64,000 bases of DNA, from positions 32,001 through 96,000 of IMG/VR virus record IMGVR_UViG_3300049460_000121; one strand, given 5' to 3'. The notes below the pieces were generated by a model. That model was not told where the DNA came from. It ran no database searches and saw only the letters and a program-made list of their open reading frames with translations. Position numbers and translations under genes: made by a program. Shown here in pieces: positions 29,596 to 38,405 of this stretch (the stretch's first letter is position 1; every line of letters starts with the position of its first letter). This DNA is from a virus (Duplodnaviria; Heunggongvirae; Uroviricota; Caudoviricetes).

Positions 29596-30909
29596 ATGTT
29601 CGATCTTTCTGATCTGTCCGAGGAAGCGATTAGCGTCCAAGTGAACAGTGTATTCCCTAAACGCGTTGGGGAAATCTTTGCCAACTGCCTCGCCAACAAG
29701 GACGATCACGCGTTTGTCCTGATTGAGCTTGAGAAGCTCGCTAAGCTCACCTTCGATGAGACAGGCATCAACCTGTCCTTCGGTTACCTGAAGGCTGAAC
29801 TCATCGCTGGCAAGTACCTGTGCAGCATCAAGCAACCACAACTGAGTGCCTTCAACCCACTCATGCCGAAGATGTTGGCCAAGCTGGCAGCACTCGATTA
29901 CACCAACTTCGTTTCGGACGAACTGTTGAGCGGTAAGCTCGACATGCAGAAGGTCAAGGCGTCTGGCTTCTACAGTCAGATCCAGTTCCTGATCAAGTTC
30001 ACCCCTGAGATGTTTGATGGGCTACTCGATGCGAAAGAACTCACCTCGGTATTCATCCACGAGTGTGGTCATGCTTGGACCATCCTCGAGTTCATGGGTC
30101 AAACCGTGATCACCAACACGATCCTCGCTGAGTCGATCGGTAAGTTGGGTCCTGATGATTCAGCTGAACGCGTCTTCGAAGTCGGCAAGGCTGCCATCCT
30201 GATGGCTGGTGGTGAGGTTCCGGATGAAGTCTCTGACATGATGGACATTCTGGTCTGCATTCAACAAGGTCAGGAAACCCGTATCCAGAATCGCCTGAGC
30301 TCCAAGTACGTGGGTAACCGTCTGGTTGAGCGTGTAGCCGATCAGTTCGCTTCTCGCTTCCTGTTGGGCGCATCCCTGGTCACCGCCTTCGGTAAGATCG
30401 AACGCAACCGTAACCCACTCCTGGCGTCCTCTGGATACGACCCTAAGTGGGTGGGCATTACCTCCAACCTCTTGTCCGTCGTTACCTTTCCTTATAAGGC
30501 GCTGAATGCCGGTGCGTTCAAGTTGACCATCAGTATCCTTAAAGGTTACGCGTTGGCCACGGCTGCTCCGCTGCTCAAAGCTGCTACCACCGACTACATG
30601 AACGATCGCTTCGGCCTGGCAGATCGTGAGACGCCGTTGGAGCGTACTGCGTCGATTCGCCGTGAACTGGTAGGCTTCTTGAAGAACGGTGCCCTGGCTG
30701 ACGATGTACGCCGTCAGGTGCTGGCTGACCTCGCGACCATCGATGTGGAGATGCGCAACGTCCACAAATACGGTGACGTGATCACGAAGGCGTTCACAGG
30801 CGCCTATAACCTGGCGATTGGGCGTACTCATGCTGTGGGTCAAGCCACCGTACAGGAGTCTCTGGCCAACAACCGTTTGTATGAAGCCGCTGCATCCCTG
30901 AAAGGATAG
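29596..30909 (+). CDS. head protein with an HEXXH zincin motif (phiKZ gp84-like)
   Basis: FIHECGH and ERVADQFA; LSEE propeptide; likely ATG 29596 after AAGGA. Confidence 0.7.
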   Translation: MFDLSDLSEEAISVQVNSVFPKRVGEIFANCLANKDDHAFVLIELEKLAKLTFDETGINLSFGYLKAELIAGKYLCSIKQPQLSAFNPLMPKMLAKLAALDYTNFVSDELLSGKLDMQKVKASGFYSQIQFLIKFTPEMFDGLLDAKELTSVFIHECGHAWTILEFMGQTVITNTILAESIGKLGPDDSAERVFEVGKAAILMAGGEVPDEVSDMMDILVCIQQGQETRIQNRLSSKYVGNRLVERVADQFASRFLLGASLVTAFGKIERNRNPLLASSGYDPKWVGITSNLLSVVTFPYKALNAGAFKLTISILKGYALATAAPLLKAATTDYMNDRFGLADRETPLERTASIRRELVGFLKNGALADDVRRQVLADLATIDVEMRNVHKYGDVITKAFTGAYNLAIGRTHAVGQATVQESLANNRLYEAAASLKG

Positions 30910-30916
30910 AGTCACC

Positions 30917-31333
30917 ATGAACAAACTCGCCATCGCCCAAGAACTCGCCTCCCTCCCTCCAGGCGTCATGATCGAAAACCGGCGTCAGCGCATTACCGCA
31001 CAACTGGGCCTGGCATCTGGACTGATTGTACCCATGTCCAGTACCGAGCTCCCACCTGGCGAACAACGTAACTACTTCTACGCCAACGTGGAAGAAGTCC
31101 AATCCATCCTTTACCAGATCAACGAGTGCATTCCGTTCCACGTTGAACGTTCGTTGGAGATTGGTTACCGCGTCTGGGCTGACCGTCACGAGAAGACCTT
31201 CCGTCCGAAAGCCATGGATCTCTATGGCGATCCAATCATCCGGGTAATCACGCCCGAAGCCACCGACCTGCTGATCACAGCCGCAGACGTAGAACGCGGC
31301 GTTGCGATGATTCGCGAAGGTCTGTCTGTTTAA
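30917..31333 (+). CDS. virion protein (phiKZ gp85-like)
   Basis: 138 aa, in an operon between the gp84-like and gp86-like genes. Confidence 0.55.
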   Translation: MNKLAIAQELASLPPGVMIENRRQRITAQLGLASGLIVPMSSTELPPGEQRNYFYANVEEVQSILYQINECIPFHVERSLEIGYRVWADRHEKTFRPKAMDLYGDPIIRVITPEATDLLITAADVERGVAMIREGLSV

Positions 31334-31352
31334 CGTCGAAACATAGAAGGAC

Positions 31353-32690
31353 ATGAGCATGAACGCTGTAACCTCCCTCAGTACATTCTCGATCGAATCG
31401 GCTGAAGTCGATTTCAACGAACGTGTCGATGCCGAAGTTGGGTTCCGTGATCAGATCGAAAACCCGATCTTCACCAAAGAGTACGAAGACGCCGAACGGG
31501 TGTTCTCGACTTTCAAACGTATCAACGAGCGCGGCTTTGTTTGCCGGGCTGACATCAGTGGTGTTGCTGACCTCGCTGAGTCCTACCCTGCCATCAAGCG
31601 CATGCTGGCGCGTTACCCGCTGAACAGCTTCACCGAAGAGCCTAGCCGGGTAAACTTCGAAGTGTCGAACGAAAGCGTGATCCGTTCTGTCCTGACCGCA
31701 TTGAAGGAAGCCTTCTTCCGGATCGTCAAGTTCCTTCGTGAGTCGCTGACTCGTGTGTGGGATAACCTGATCAACGGGAAGAAGCGCACGGTCGAGGTGG
31801 ACAAGATTGGTCCACGCGTCGATGCGATGCAGCGTTACATTGTCGAAGTCGACAAGATCATGAGTGAAAGCAAGGTCGGTGAAGATTACGGCAAGTGGCA
31901 ACGCCGTAACATCAAGTCCGCTGCTGACAACCTCAGCAAGAACTGGAACGCCCTCAAGCACGTCGTGACAACTGACCAGGTCCGCAGTAAAGAGCTCGTC
32001 GGCGTGTTCGTCGATGCACTCGTCCTGCGTACAGTGCCAATGGCCATCATGATCGAAGAGTTCCTCACGGACCTCAGCGGTGCGAAGACTCCAGGCGATG
32101 TTGCTGCGGCTGTGACCAAGGCTCAGATGTTCAACATGACCACCGGTACCTTGGCCGCCTTGGCGAACCAGTGGGGTTGGAAGTCCAACATGCGCACTGA
32201 CCCACGCTTGACGCCGTTCAAGTCCATGGTCAGTTACATCGCTGGCACCTTCCGTAGCCAGAGCAACAACCGCGTCGATCTCGATCCGGCCGCTCTGACT
32301 GCCATGATGGGTGAGCTGCGCATCGAGCAATGGGGCGACCTCGTACCGGATCTGTCTCAGAGCCGTAAGCGTCTGGAAGCATCCCTGCACCAGTTGCAGT
32401 CGTACGACATGGACAAGCATCTGGACCCAGGTCTGGAAGCGCACTACACGGCCATCGTACTGCCGTTCATCAACCAGGTGAGTGTGAACGTGTCGGCGTT
32501 GAACGATCTACAGGCCACTGCCAGTATGATCATCACCACCCGTGACGTAGCCATGGTTGACGTAGCCAACGCCTGCTTGGGCGTGGTGAAAGGGATGGAT
32601 TCCTTCGTCAGCAAGAACCGTGCAGAGGTTTCTCCTGCATCGATGGTTGCGATCACTCGTTACAAAGCTGCTATCACTCAGTCGCTGTAA
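31353..32690 (+). CDS. internal head protein (phiKZ gp86-like)
   Basis: SIES, PLNSFTEEPSRVNFEVSNE site, then amphipathic helix. Confidence 0.65.
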   Translation: MSMNAVTSLSTFSIESAEVDFNERVDAEVGFRDQIENPIFTKEYEDAERVFSTFKRINERGFVCRADISGVADLAESYPAIKRMLARYPLNSFTEEPSRVNFEVSNESVIRSVLTALKEAFFRIVKFLRESLTRVWDNLINGKKRTVEVDKIGPRVDAMQRYIVEVDKIMSESKVGEDYGKWQRRNIKSAADNLSKNWNALKHVVTTDQVRSKELVGVFVDALVLRTVPMAIMIEEFLTDLSGAKTPGDVAAAVTKAQMFNMTTGTLAALANQWGWKSNMRTDPRLTPFKSMVSYIAGTFRSQSNNRVDLDPAALTAMMGELRIEQWGDLVPDLSQSRKRLEASLHQLQSYDMDKHLDPGLEAHYTAIVLPFINQVSVNVSALNDLQATASMIITTRDVAMVDVANACLGVVKGMDSFVSKNRAEVSPASMVAITRYKAAITQSL

Positions 32691-32692
32691 AC

Positions 32693-32734
32693 AGCATAGA
32701 CACCCCTGGGCGCAAACCCAGGGGTGTCTATGCT
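32693..32734. terminator. bidirectional hairpin
   Basis: AGCATAGACACCCCTGGG-CGCAAA-CCCAGGGGTGTCTATGCT. Confidence 0.85.
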
Positions 32735-32742
32735 CACCACCT

Positions 32743-33165
32743 TTAGGAGGGTAACGTATTGCCGTTCTTGTTGCCCCGTTTGCTGCCTTTCGGTTGCTGC
32801 TGCTTATTAGCAGCCATCTCCTCCAGGTTCTTACGCATCTTGGCTGCTTCTTCTTCCTCTGCCTTACGGACCTTCCTGCCATCTTCCAGGAGCTTGTCCA
32901 GGAACCAGCGGGGGAATTGCAACAGATCCATGAGTGAGGTATTCGTCAGCTCTGGGAGGCGGCACGCCACCAACTCTAAAGTCATCAACTCAAGCCGACT
33001 ACCCGTGATCGCGTTTTCAGCTGGATGCATCCCGATGATCGATAACGGATCGTCGAGCATGTGCGCATCGTGGTCGAAGATGCCGTAGTACTGATCGTAC
33101 GTCTCCATCATCGACAACTGAGCCGTCCAGTCATCCTTACCCTGCCACGACAAGAGGTTTTCCAT
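32743..33165 (-). CDS. hypothetical protein; probable -1 frameshift extension of 33252..35132
   Basis: its frame stays open upstream to 33345, across the T8 run; weak SD. Confidence 0.6.
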   Translation of the reverse strand: MENLLSWQGKDDWTAQLSMMETYDQYYGIFDHDAHMLDDPLSIIGMHPAENAITGSRLELMTLELVACRLPELTNTSLMDLLQFPRWFLDKLLEDGRKVRKAEEEEAAKMRKNLEEMAANKQQQPKGSKRGNKNGNTLPS

Positions 33166-33251
33166 AATCGGACTACCGTTGGCGTACGGGAACTTCTTGC
33201 GACCAAAGCCTAGCAGCGAGACGTGATGGTATTCACGCTTGCCTTCGAGGG

Positions 33252-35132
33252 TTACCCGCCAGCACGCTTGATTTTGTGGTGGATTAGGGTAAAAAAAACT
33301 TCGATTGGGTTGATGCTTACCAGGTGAGGGTGCTTCGACAGCGAGTCACCGGTGAGAGGAACACCGCACGAAGGGCAGGCAGACTTTGGAACCGCTACAG
33401 TGGCGAGGGTCATCGCGTTGATGAACTTCTCGATAGCTTCGGCAATCTTGGCTGTCAGCTCACCATCGTCCGCGAAGGATTCCAGCAGACGGTCCAGGTC
33501 CTGGTCCGCTTTGTACTGGAGTTCGAGGTCGTTGGCTTCGTCACCTTGCAGAACACGAGTCAGCTCGGTCACCAGACCATTTTCTGCGTTCTCGTCCACT
33601 TTAACAACCGCTTCGATCCAGTGGCTGTAGGCCATGACCATCGCGATGTTGTTGGCACGCAGCAGGTAGGTCTGACGGTCAGCCTCGTTCGCGTAGCTGG
33701 TCATCAGCACACGGGCGCGGTTGTCCATCTCGTCCATCCACGCAGTCGCCTGACGCTCGTAGTCAGCCAGCGTAGGAACACGCATCTTGACTTTGAGGGT
33801 TGGGCTGATGTCGATGTAACGGCTGACTTCAGGACGAATGCTCTCCTGATAGGCCTTGACCGTCTTGATGTCGACACGGGCAGAACGTTTGGCCATCAAC
33901 GCGAACTGGTTCTCGTCGATGCGGCTACGACGCACGAACAACATACGACGCAGGTTGACCTTACGGGTCAACGTTTCACCACAGCCGCCGTGAGTGGTCA
34001 AGCACGGACGGTCGAGGTTGTAGCCATCCGGGAAGATGGTCGCAGCCGCGGCCAGCGTCAGAGGCTCGAGGTCGGTCAAGAGGATGACCTTCTTCAACTC
34101 TTCCACATTGGTGGTGCCGATGGTGGACTTGGTCACGAAACCCAGGATGAAGTCAGCCACAGCTTTGTTCAGGTACACGGACGAAGCTGAGTAAACCAGA
34201 CCGTTGCTGTCACGCGCCATTTCGATCTTCTCATCCAGCAGCTGAGTTTCCAGGCGCAGTTGACTGAGGACCGGAGGACCTTCGAGGGTCAGGTGCATGC
34301 CGGAGTGCCAGAGCACAGCGTTGCCTTCAGTTGCCAGACCCAGTTGGCCACGAATCCGCATCACGGGGTCGTTGCTCTTCGCCGGGTTGTTGGCAGTGAT
34401 GGCGATCTTCTGGTCACCGTTGGTCGGCAGGTTGTTCCAGGTGTCTTCCTCGAAGATCTTGAAGCCGAAACCAACACGCAGCGACTTGGTGTACGAAGTC
34501 ACGTTGTTGATGGCATCGAGTTCTTCAGGGGTGAGGAACACGGTCTTCTGGTCCATGTCGATCCCGGTGAACGGGTGACGTTGGCCGGACTTGACGATGG
34601 CGTAACGGCTTTTCTGCGCTGCGAAGACGCGGCCGTAGACACCACGACGAATCACTTCCAGCTCATTCGCTTCGAAGTTCGACAGCGCGAGCGAGCCGAG
34701 TTTGGCGATGATGGTGTCTTCGAGGACTGGCAGAGTCTCTTCACAGTTCAGACGATTGATCAGTTCACCTGCCCAAGGTGCTGGAGCCACGGGAGCTGCA
34801 TCATCCGCTGGTTCCTCAGCTGCCTGTGCTTGCGCTTCAACCGACGCATCGGCGAGTGCTGGACTGGGAGCTGCGATGACGTTGGTGTTGAGATCTGCGT
34901 CTGTGCTGACAGAAGCGAAGCTCTCAGGTTCTACATCGCCAGCCGGCCATTCATGTCCGTCTTTCGGGAATTCGTTCAGCAGGCCCGAAGGTTGGAGTTC
35001 AACCTCGCCAACCTCTGTGAAGTCGCTTGGACGCGTGGGCTCTTTGGGGAGGTTTTCCCATGCGACGTGTTGTCCTTCAACGTTGCCGACGGTGACGGGC
35101 TCGTCGGCATTGCTCCCTTGATCATCGCTCAT
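33252..35132 (-). CDS. putative baseplate-hub/tail assembly chaperone (T4 gp26/gp51-like; phiKZ gp77-like)
   Basis: acidic N-terminus, CLTTHGGC and CPSCG Zn knuckles, MRVPTL, and PIEVFF near the end. Confidence 0.55.
   Translation of the reverse strand: MSDDQGSNADEPVTVGNVEGQHVAWENLPKEPTRPSDFTEVGEVELQPSGLLNEFPKDGHEWPAGDVEPESFASVSTDADLNTNVIAAPSPALADASVEAQAQAAEEPADDAAPVAPAPWAGELINRLNCEETLPVLEDTIIAKLGSLALSNFEANELEVIRRGVYGRVFAAQKSRYAIVKSGQRHPFTGIDMDQKTVFLTPEELDAINNVTSYTKSLRVGFGFKIFEEDTWNNLPTNGDQKIAITANNPAKSNDPVMRIRGQLGLATEGNAVLWHSGMHLTLEGPPVLSQLRLETQLLDEKIEMARDSNGLVYSASSVYLNKAVADFILGFVTKSTIGTTNVEELKKVILLTDLEPLTLAAAATIFPDGYNLDRPCLTTHGGCGETLTRKVNLRRMLFVRRSRIDENQFALMAKRSARVDIKTVKAYQESIRPEVSRYIDISPTLKVKMRVPTLADYERQATAWMDEMDNRARVLMTSYANEADRQTYLLRANNIAMVMAYSHWIEAVVKVDENAENGLVTELTRVLQGDEANDLELQYKADQDLDRLLESFADDGELTAKIAEAIEKFINAMTLATVAVPKSACPSCGVPLTGDSLSKHPHLVSINPIEVFFTLIHHKIKRAGG
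33291..33298 (-). other. candidate -1 ribosomal slippery site (U UUU UUU)
   Basis: mRNA GAA GUU UUU UUU ACC near the end of the 626-aa ORF. Confidence 0.65.
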
Positions 35133-35659
35133 TCACTTTTCTCTTCGATGGTTACAGGTTGGTTGTAGGCGGCTACGATGTCGAGCATCGTCTCCAGACC
35201 CTTCAATGTGTGATTCGCCAACTGGCGTGAGGCCAGCTTACGCTTGTGGCTGTCCGGAGCCCACGGTTGCAGGCGGTCGCTACGGGTGTTCACGAAGGAC
35301 ACAGCTACTGTGCCGTCGAAAGCACCTCCAGGCAAGGACGTGATCAGAGCAACCGTCTGGTTACCGATCTCGATACCCTGGATGCTCACTTCGTGGCGTT
35401 CGATGCGCACCACGGCCTGCTTGTTCACCATGTCCAGGAAATCTTGCACCGGGGTCATCATCGGGCCGATGGTGGTTTCAGGCGCAATGTGGTGCGAACC
35501 GATGAGGCGAACCAGGCTGGCCGTCAGCGGCTTCTCATCCAAACCGAAGATCGAAGCAACCTCAGTGACCAGCGCTTTGGTCAGTCCGTTCAGGACTTTC
35601 TCCGACACCGGGGTGGAGACCTGAGGGAGGATGCTGTATGTCACTTTCTTTTTATGCAT
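35129..35659 (-). CDS. hypothetical protein
   Basis: likely start MHKKK overlaps the upstream stop; ATGA-coupled downstream. Confidence 0.6.
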   Translation of the reverse strand: MHKKKVTYSILPQVSTPVSEKVLNGLTKALVTEVASIFGLDEKPLTASLVRLIGSHHIAPETTIGPMMTPVQDFLDMVNKQAVVRIERHEVSIQGIEIGNQTVALITSLPGGAFDGTVAVSFVNTRSDRLQPWAPDSHKRKLASRQLANHTLKGLETMLDIVAAYNQPVTIEEKSE

Positions 35660-36107
35660 GTGCTGGTTCTTCGCTCTTGTTAAGGATCTCGTCGTAGTCA
35701 CCCGCGGATTTAGTGAGGGTGGCCGTAATGCGATCGTTGAGGTCAATGTACTTGAGACCGTGCATCGTCAAGTCCATGTTGTGTTTTGACAGATCGGCGT
35801 TCTTGCTTGGCCGACCTTTCAGGATTTTATCGAACTCAGTATCGAGCACGGTACGTTCAGCGCTGAACTTGTCGAAGTCCTGGGCGATGATGGTACCCAA
35901 TGCGAGGATCTTCGGGACATCCTCGACGCGGCCTTGTTCCTTGAGCGTACGGAGAGACTCAGGCATCTGAACAATTGGTTCAGCAGCGGCGCGCAGAGAG
36001 AAAGTAACGGAATCTTTAAGACCGCGAGTCGACTCTTCGACCTCATCGATCTTCTTCTTGTGATTCACGTTTGACGTACGGTATGAAGGCGAGCGCTTCG
36101 AGGACAT
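35652..36107 (-). CDS. hypothetical helical protein
   Basis: GAGG SD; first gene of a divergent operon. Confidence 0.65.
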   Translation of the reverse strand: MSSKRSPSYRTSNVNHKKKIDEVEESTRGLKDSVTFSLRAAAEPIVQMPESLRTLKEQGRVEDVPKILALGTIIAQDFDKFSAERTVLDTEFDKILKGRPSKNADLSKHNMDLTMHGLKYIDLNDRITATLTKSAGDYDEILNKSEEPAHA

Positions 36108-36222
36108 GGTGTCCACCTCGTGATTATGGTCTGAGTCTTAGACGCAGTACCTCTAGTTTGATTAATACGACCTATATAAAAGATCGTTAGTATATTTATT
36201 TACATTCTGAATAGGAGTCGAC

Positions 36223-37119
36223 ATGACCGACGTCAATAACGACATTGAAACGGACGATGCGTCCCAGGAATTGCTGGCTGCATTGACCTTCGGTCAGTGT
36301 GCTCCTGAATTGGCTTCGAGCTACAGTCGCCTGGCGACCATCCTCAACGATGTTGACTTCACAGGTCATATTGATGAGCTCGAGCTGCTGTACACGCTGG
36401 TCAATGACCACAACATCGACACCACCGAAGTGGTTACATCTATCGATGCGATCTTCCGTGTGGCGGTCGAACGTTGCTTGCAGTCGGTCGGTGTAGCGCT
36501 GGACGCTGACACGCCGTTGGCGATGGTTGAAGATGCACTCAGTACATTGTTGCTGTTTGATCCGACTGATGCTCCGGCAGTATTCACGGGGATCGCCGAC
36601 GCGTCTGAGGACAGCACTGAGGCCTTACTATCAATTCTCGCTTATGTAGGTAATTACAGTGAAGAGGACTGGTTCCCGTACATCGTTGAAGTTAGCGAGA
36701 ACACGATTCGTCGCATCCGTGAAATCTCTGCCAAAGAAGATAGCCGCATACAGTCCCAAGCGGATCTTATCGACTCTGATGAGCTGAACCAGCGTGTAGC
36801 GCGTATGGCGGCTCTTCGTCCTGATAGCCTGGGCGTTGAGTTGGCTCGTGACAATGTCGGCGTAGGTGCGTCCCTGGAGAGCCTGTACGGCTGTCATGTG
36901 GAACGTTTGATCGACTTGTCCACTGAACAGGCTGTGGTTGAGTTGTTTTCCCTCGCAGCCATCTCTAATGAGAGTTACGACAAGCTGGATCAGTCCATCT
37001 CTGCCGCTCTCGATGACCTCTGTTTCGAAATGGATGATCGTCGTAAGGCAGAACAGGTGCGCCTGAACATGATGAAGTCGTACCGTCCAATCTTCGGTAT
37101 CGAAAATGAAAAGATTTGA
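36223..37119 (+). CDS. conserved acidic protein (phiKZ gp79-like)
   Basis: AGGAG SD; immediately precedes the vRNAP subunit. Confidence 0.6.
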   Translation: MTDVNNDIETDDASQELLAALTFGQCAPELASSYSRLATILNDVDFTGHIDELELLYTLVNDHNIDTTEVVTSIDAIFRVAVERCLQSVGVALDADTPLAMVEDALSTLLLFDPTDAPAVFTGIADASEDSTEALLSILAYVGNYSEEDWFPYIVEVSENTIRRIREISAKEDSRIQSQADLIDSDELNQRVARMAALRPDSLGVELARDNVGVGASLESLYGCHVERLIDLSTEQAVVELFSLAAISNESYDKLDQSISAALDDLCFEMDDRRKAEQVRLNMMKSYRPIFGIENEKI

Positions 37120-38401
37120 TTACTTTACCGGTGCGTTGCGGGCTAAGGCTCACTACCAGCGGGAATGGGTATTGCGGGCTATGTCGGTGGTACTCACCCC
37201 TCCAAAGGGCAATAACCCGTGGGGGTTGCGACAAACCAAGGAAGGGGCTGAAGTCTACATCCCTAACCTTGGTCAAGAGGGTGAGTGGCACTGGGAAGCT
37301 CTGGAGGGCGTAGGTCCTTACGAGATCCCCTTCGTCTACCACGATTGGGCTGGTCCTCTGAAACCAGGTGACGTCGAGAACGTGGTCGAGAACATCGACA
37401 ACGCGACCTGGGGTGACATCCTCTTCAACAGTCGGGTGTTGGTCTACTCCTGCGGTGATTTGATTCCTTTCGTCTTGGGTCCTGTTAACCTCGGCAGTAT
37501 CGAGGAACGGATCGTCAAGAAGATGGCGGACAACCCGAAGAAGGGTGAGGAACCTAAGCCTGGCCAGATGTACGTCTTCAACTACATGCGCTTCGGTAAG
37601 GCTGTAGGTGACCTGGCAGGTTACGAACTGTTCGTTCCCTCGGTGACTGAGCGGGCCTTGCAGCCTCCTCCTAACCGTACCGAGCTGCGCGACAGCCTGC
37701 TCGAGCAATACAAAGGCCAGCTGGAAGATCCGGTCGTACAGACCAAGATCCAGACGGCCATGGTGGACTCTTATAAGGACTGGATCAAAGGCGATCCGTC
37801 TGAAGGCTTCATCTACAAGAACAAATCGATCAACACCGCTCTCAAGCGGATGTTCCTTATCCACGGTCCAGAAGCTGGATTCGAGGAGGGTGGTCGAGCT
37901 ACGTTGGTGATCAATTCCCTTGAAGAGGGCATCGACGTTACTCACTACCCAACCATGGTGAACTCACTCCGTGCTGGTTCCTACTACCGGGGTGCGTTGA
38001 CTGCATTGGCGGGTGAAGACGTTGACTTGATGGCTCGTGTATTCCAGAACGTCCGGATTCTCCCGGATTTCTGCAACACTCACGAGACCTACGACGTCAA
38101 GATCACCAAGGACTACGTCGGCCGGACGCTGAGCATGAATCGTCAGCGTGTCAAGGTGACCGATGAGAACTTGACTGAGTTCAATGGCAAGATCATGCCG
38201 ATGTACTCCTCAGCTTACTGCAAAGCAACTCGCAGTGACGTCTGCGCCATCTGTGCCGGCGATAAGCTGGCAGCCTTCCCTGAATCGATGGGTTCGATGG
38301 TTGGCGACATCCCTTCTACTATGATGCTGACAATGATGGGATCCGCCCACGCCAAAGAGCTGAAGACCACTCCCATCGATATCGAAAACTTCTTGAGGTA
38401 A
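37106..38401 (+). CDS. rpoC: virion RNA polymerase beta' middle subunit (phiKZ gp80-like)
   Basis: SLEEG, NSLRAGSYYRGALTALAG bridge helix, and DFC / CKATRSDVCAICAG Zn site. Confidence 0.85.
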   Translation: MKRFDYFTGALRAKAHYQREWVLRAMSVVLTPPKGNNPWGLRQTKEGAEVYIPNLGQEGEWHWEALEGVGPYEIPFVYHDWAGPLKPGDVENVVENIDNATWGDILFNSRVLVYSCGDLIPFVLGPVNLGSIEERIVKKMADNPKKGEEPKPGQMYVFNYMRFGKAVGDLAGYELFVPSVTERALQPPPNRTELRDSLLEQYKGQLEDPVVQTKIQTAMVDSYKDWIKGDPSEGFIYKNKSINTALKRMFLIHGPEAGFEEGGRATLVINSLEEGIDVTHYPTMVNSLRAGSYYRGALTALAGEDVDLMARVFQNVRILPDFCNTHETYDVKITKDYVGRTLSMNRQRVKVTDENLTEFNGKIMPMYSSAYCKATRSDVCAICAGDKLAAFPESMGSMVGDIPSTMMLTMMGSAHAKELKTTPIDIENFLR

Positions 38402-38405
38402 TGAC

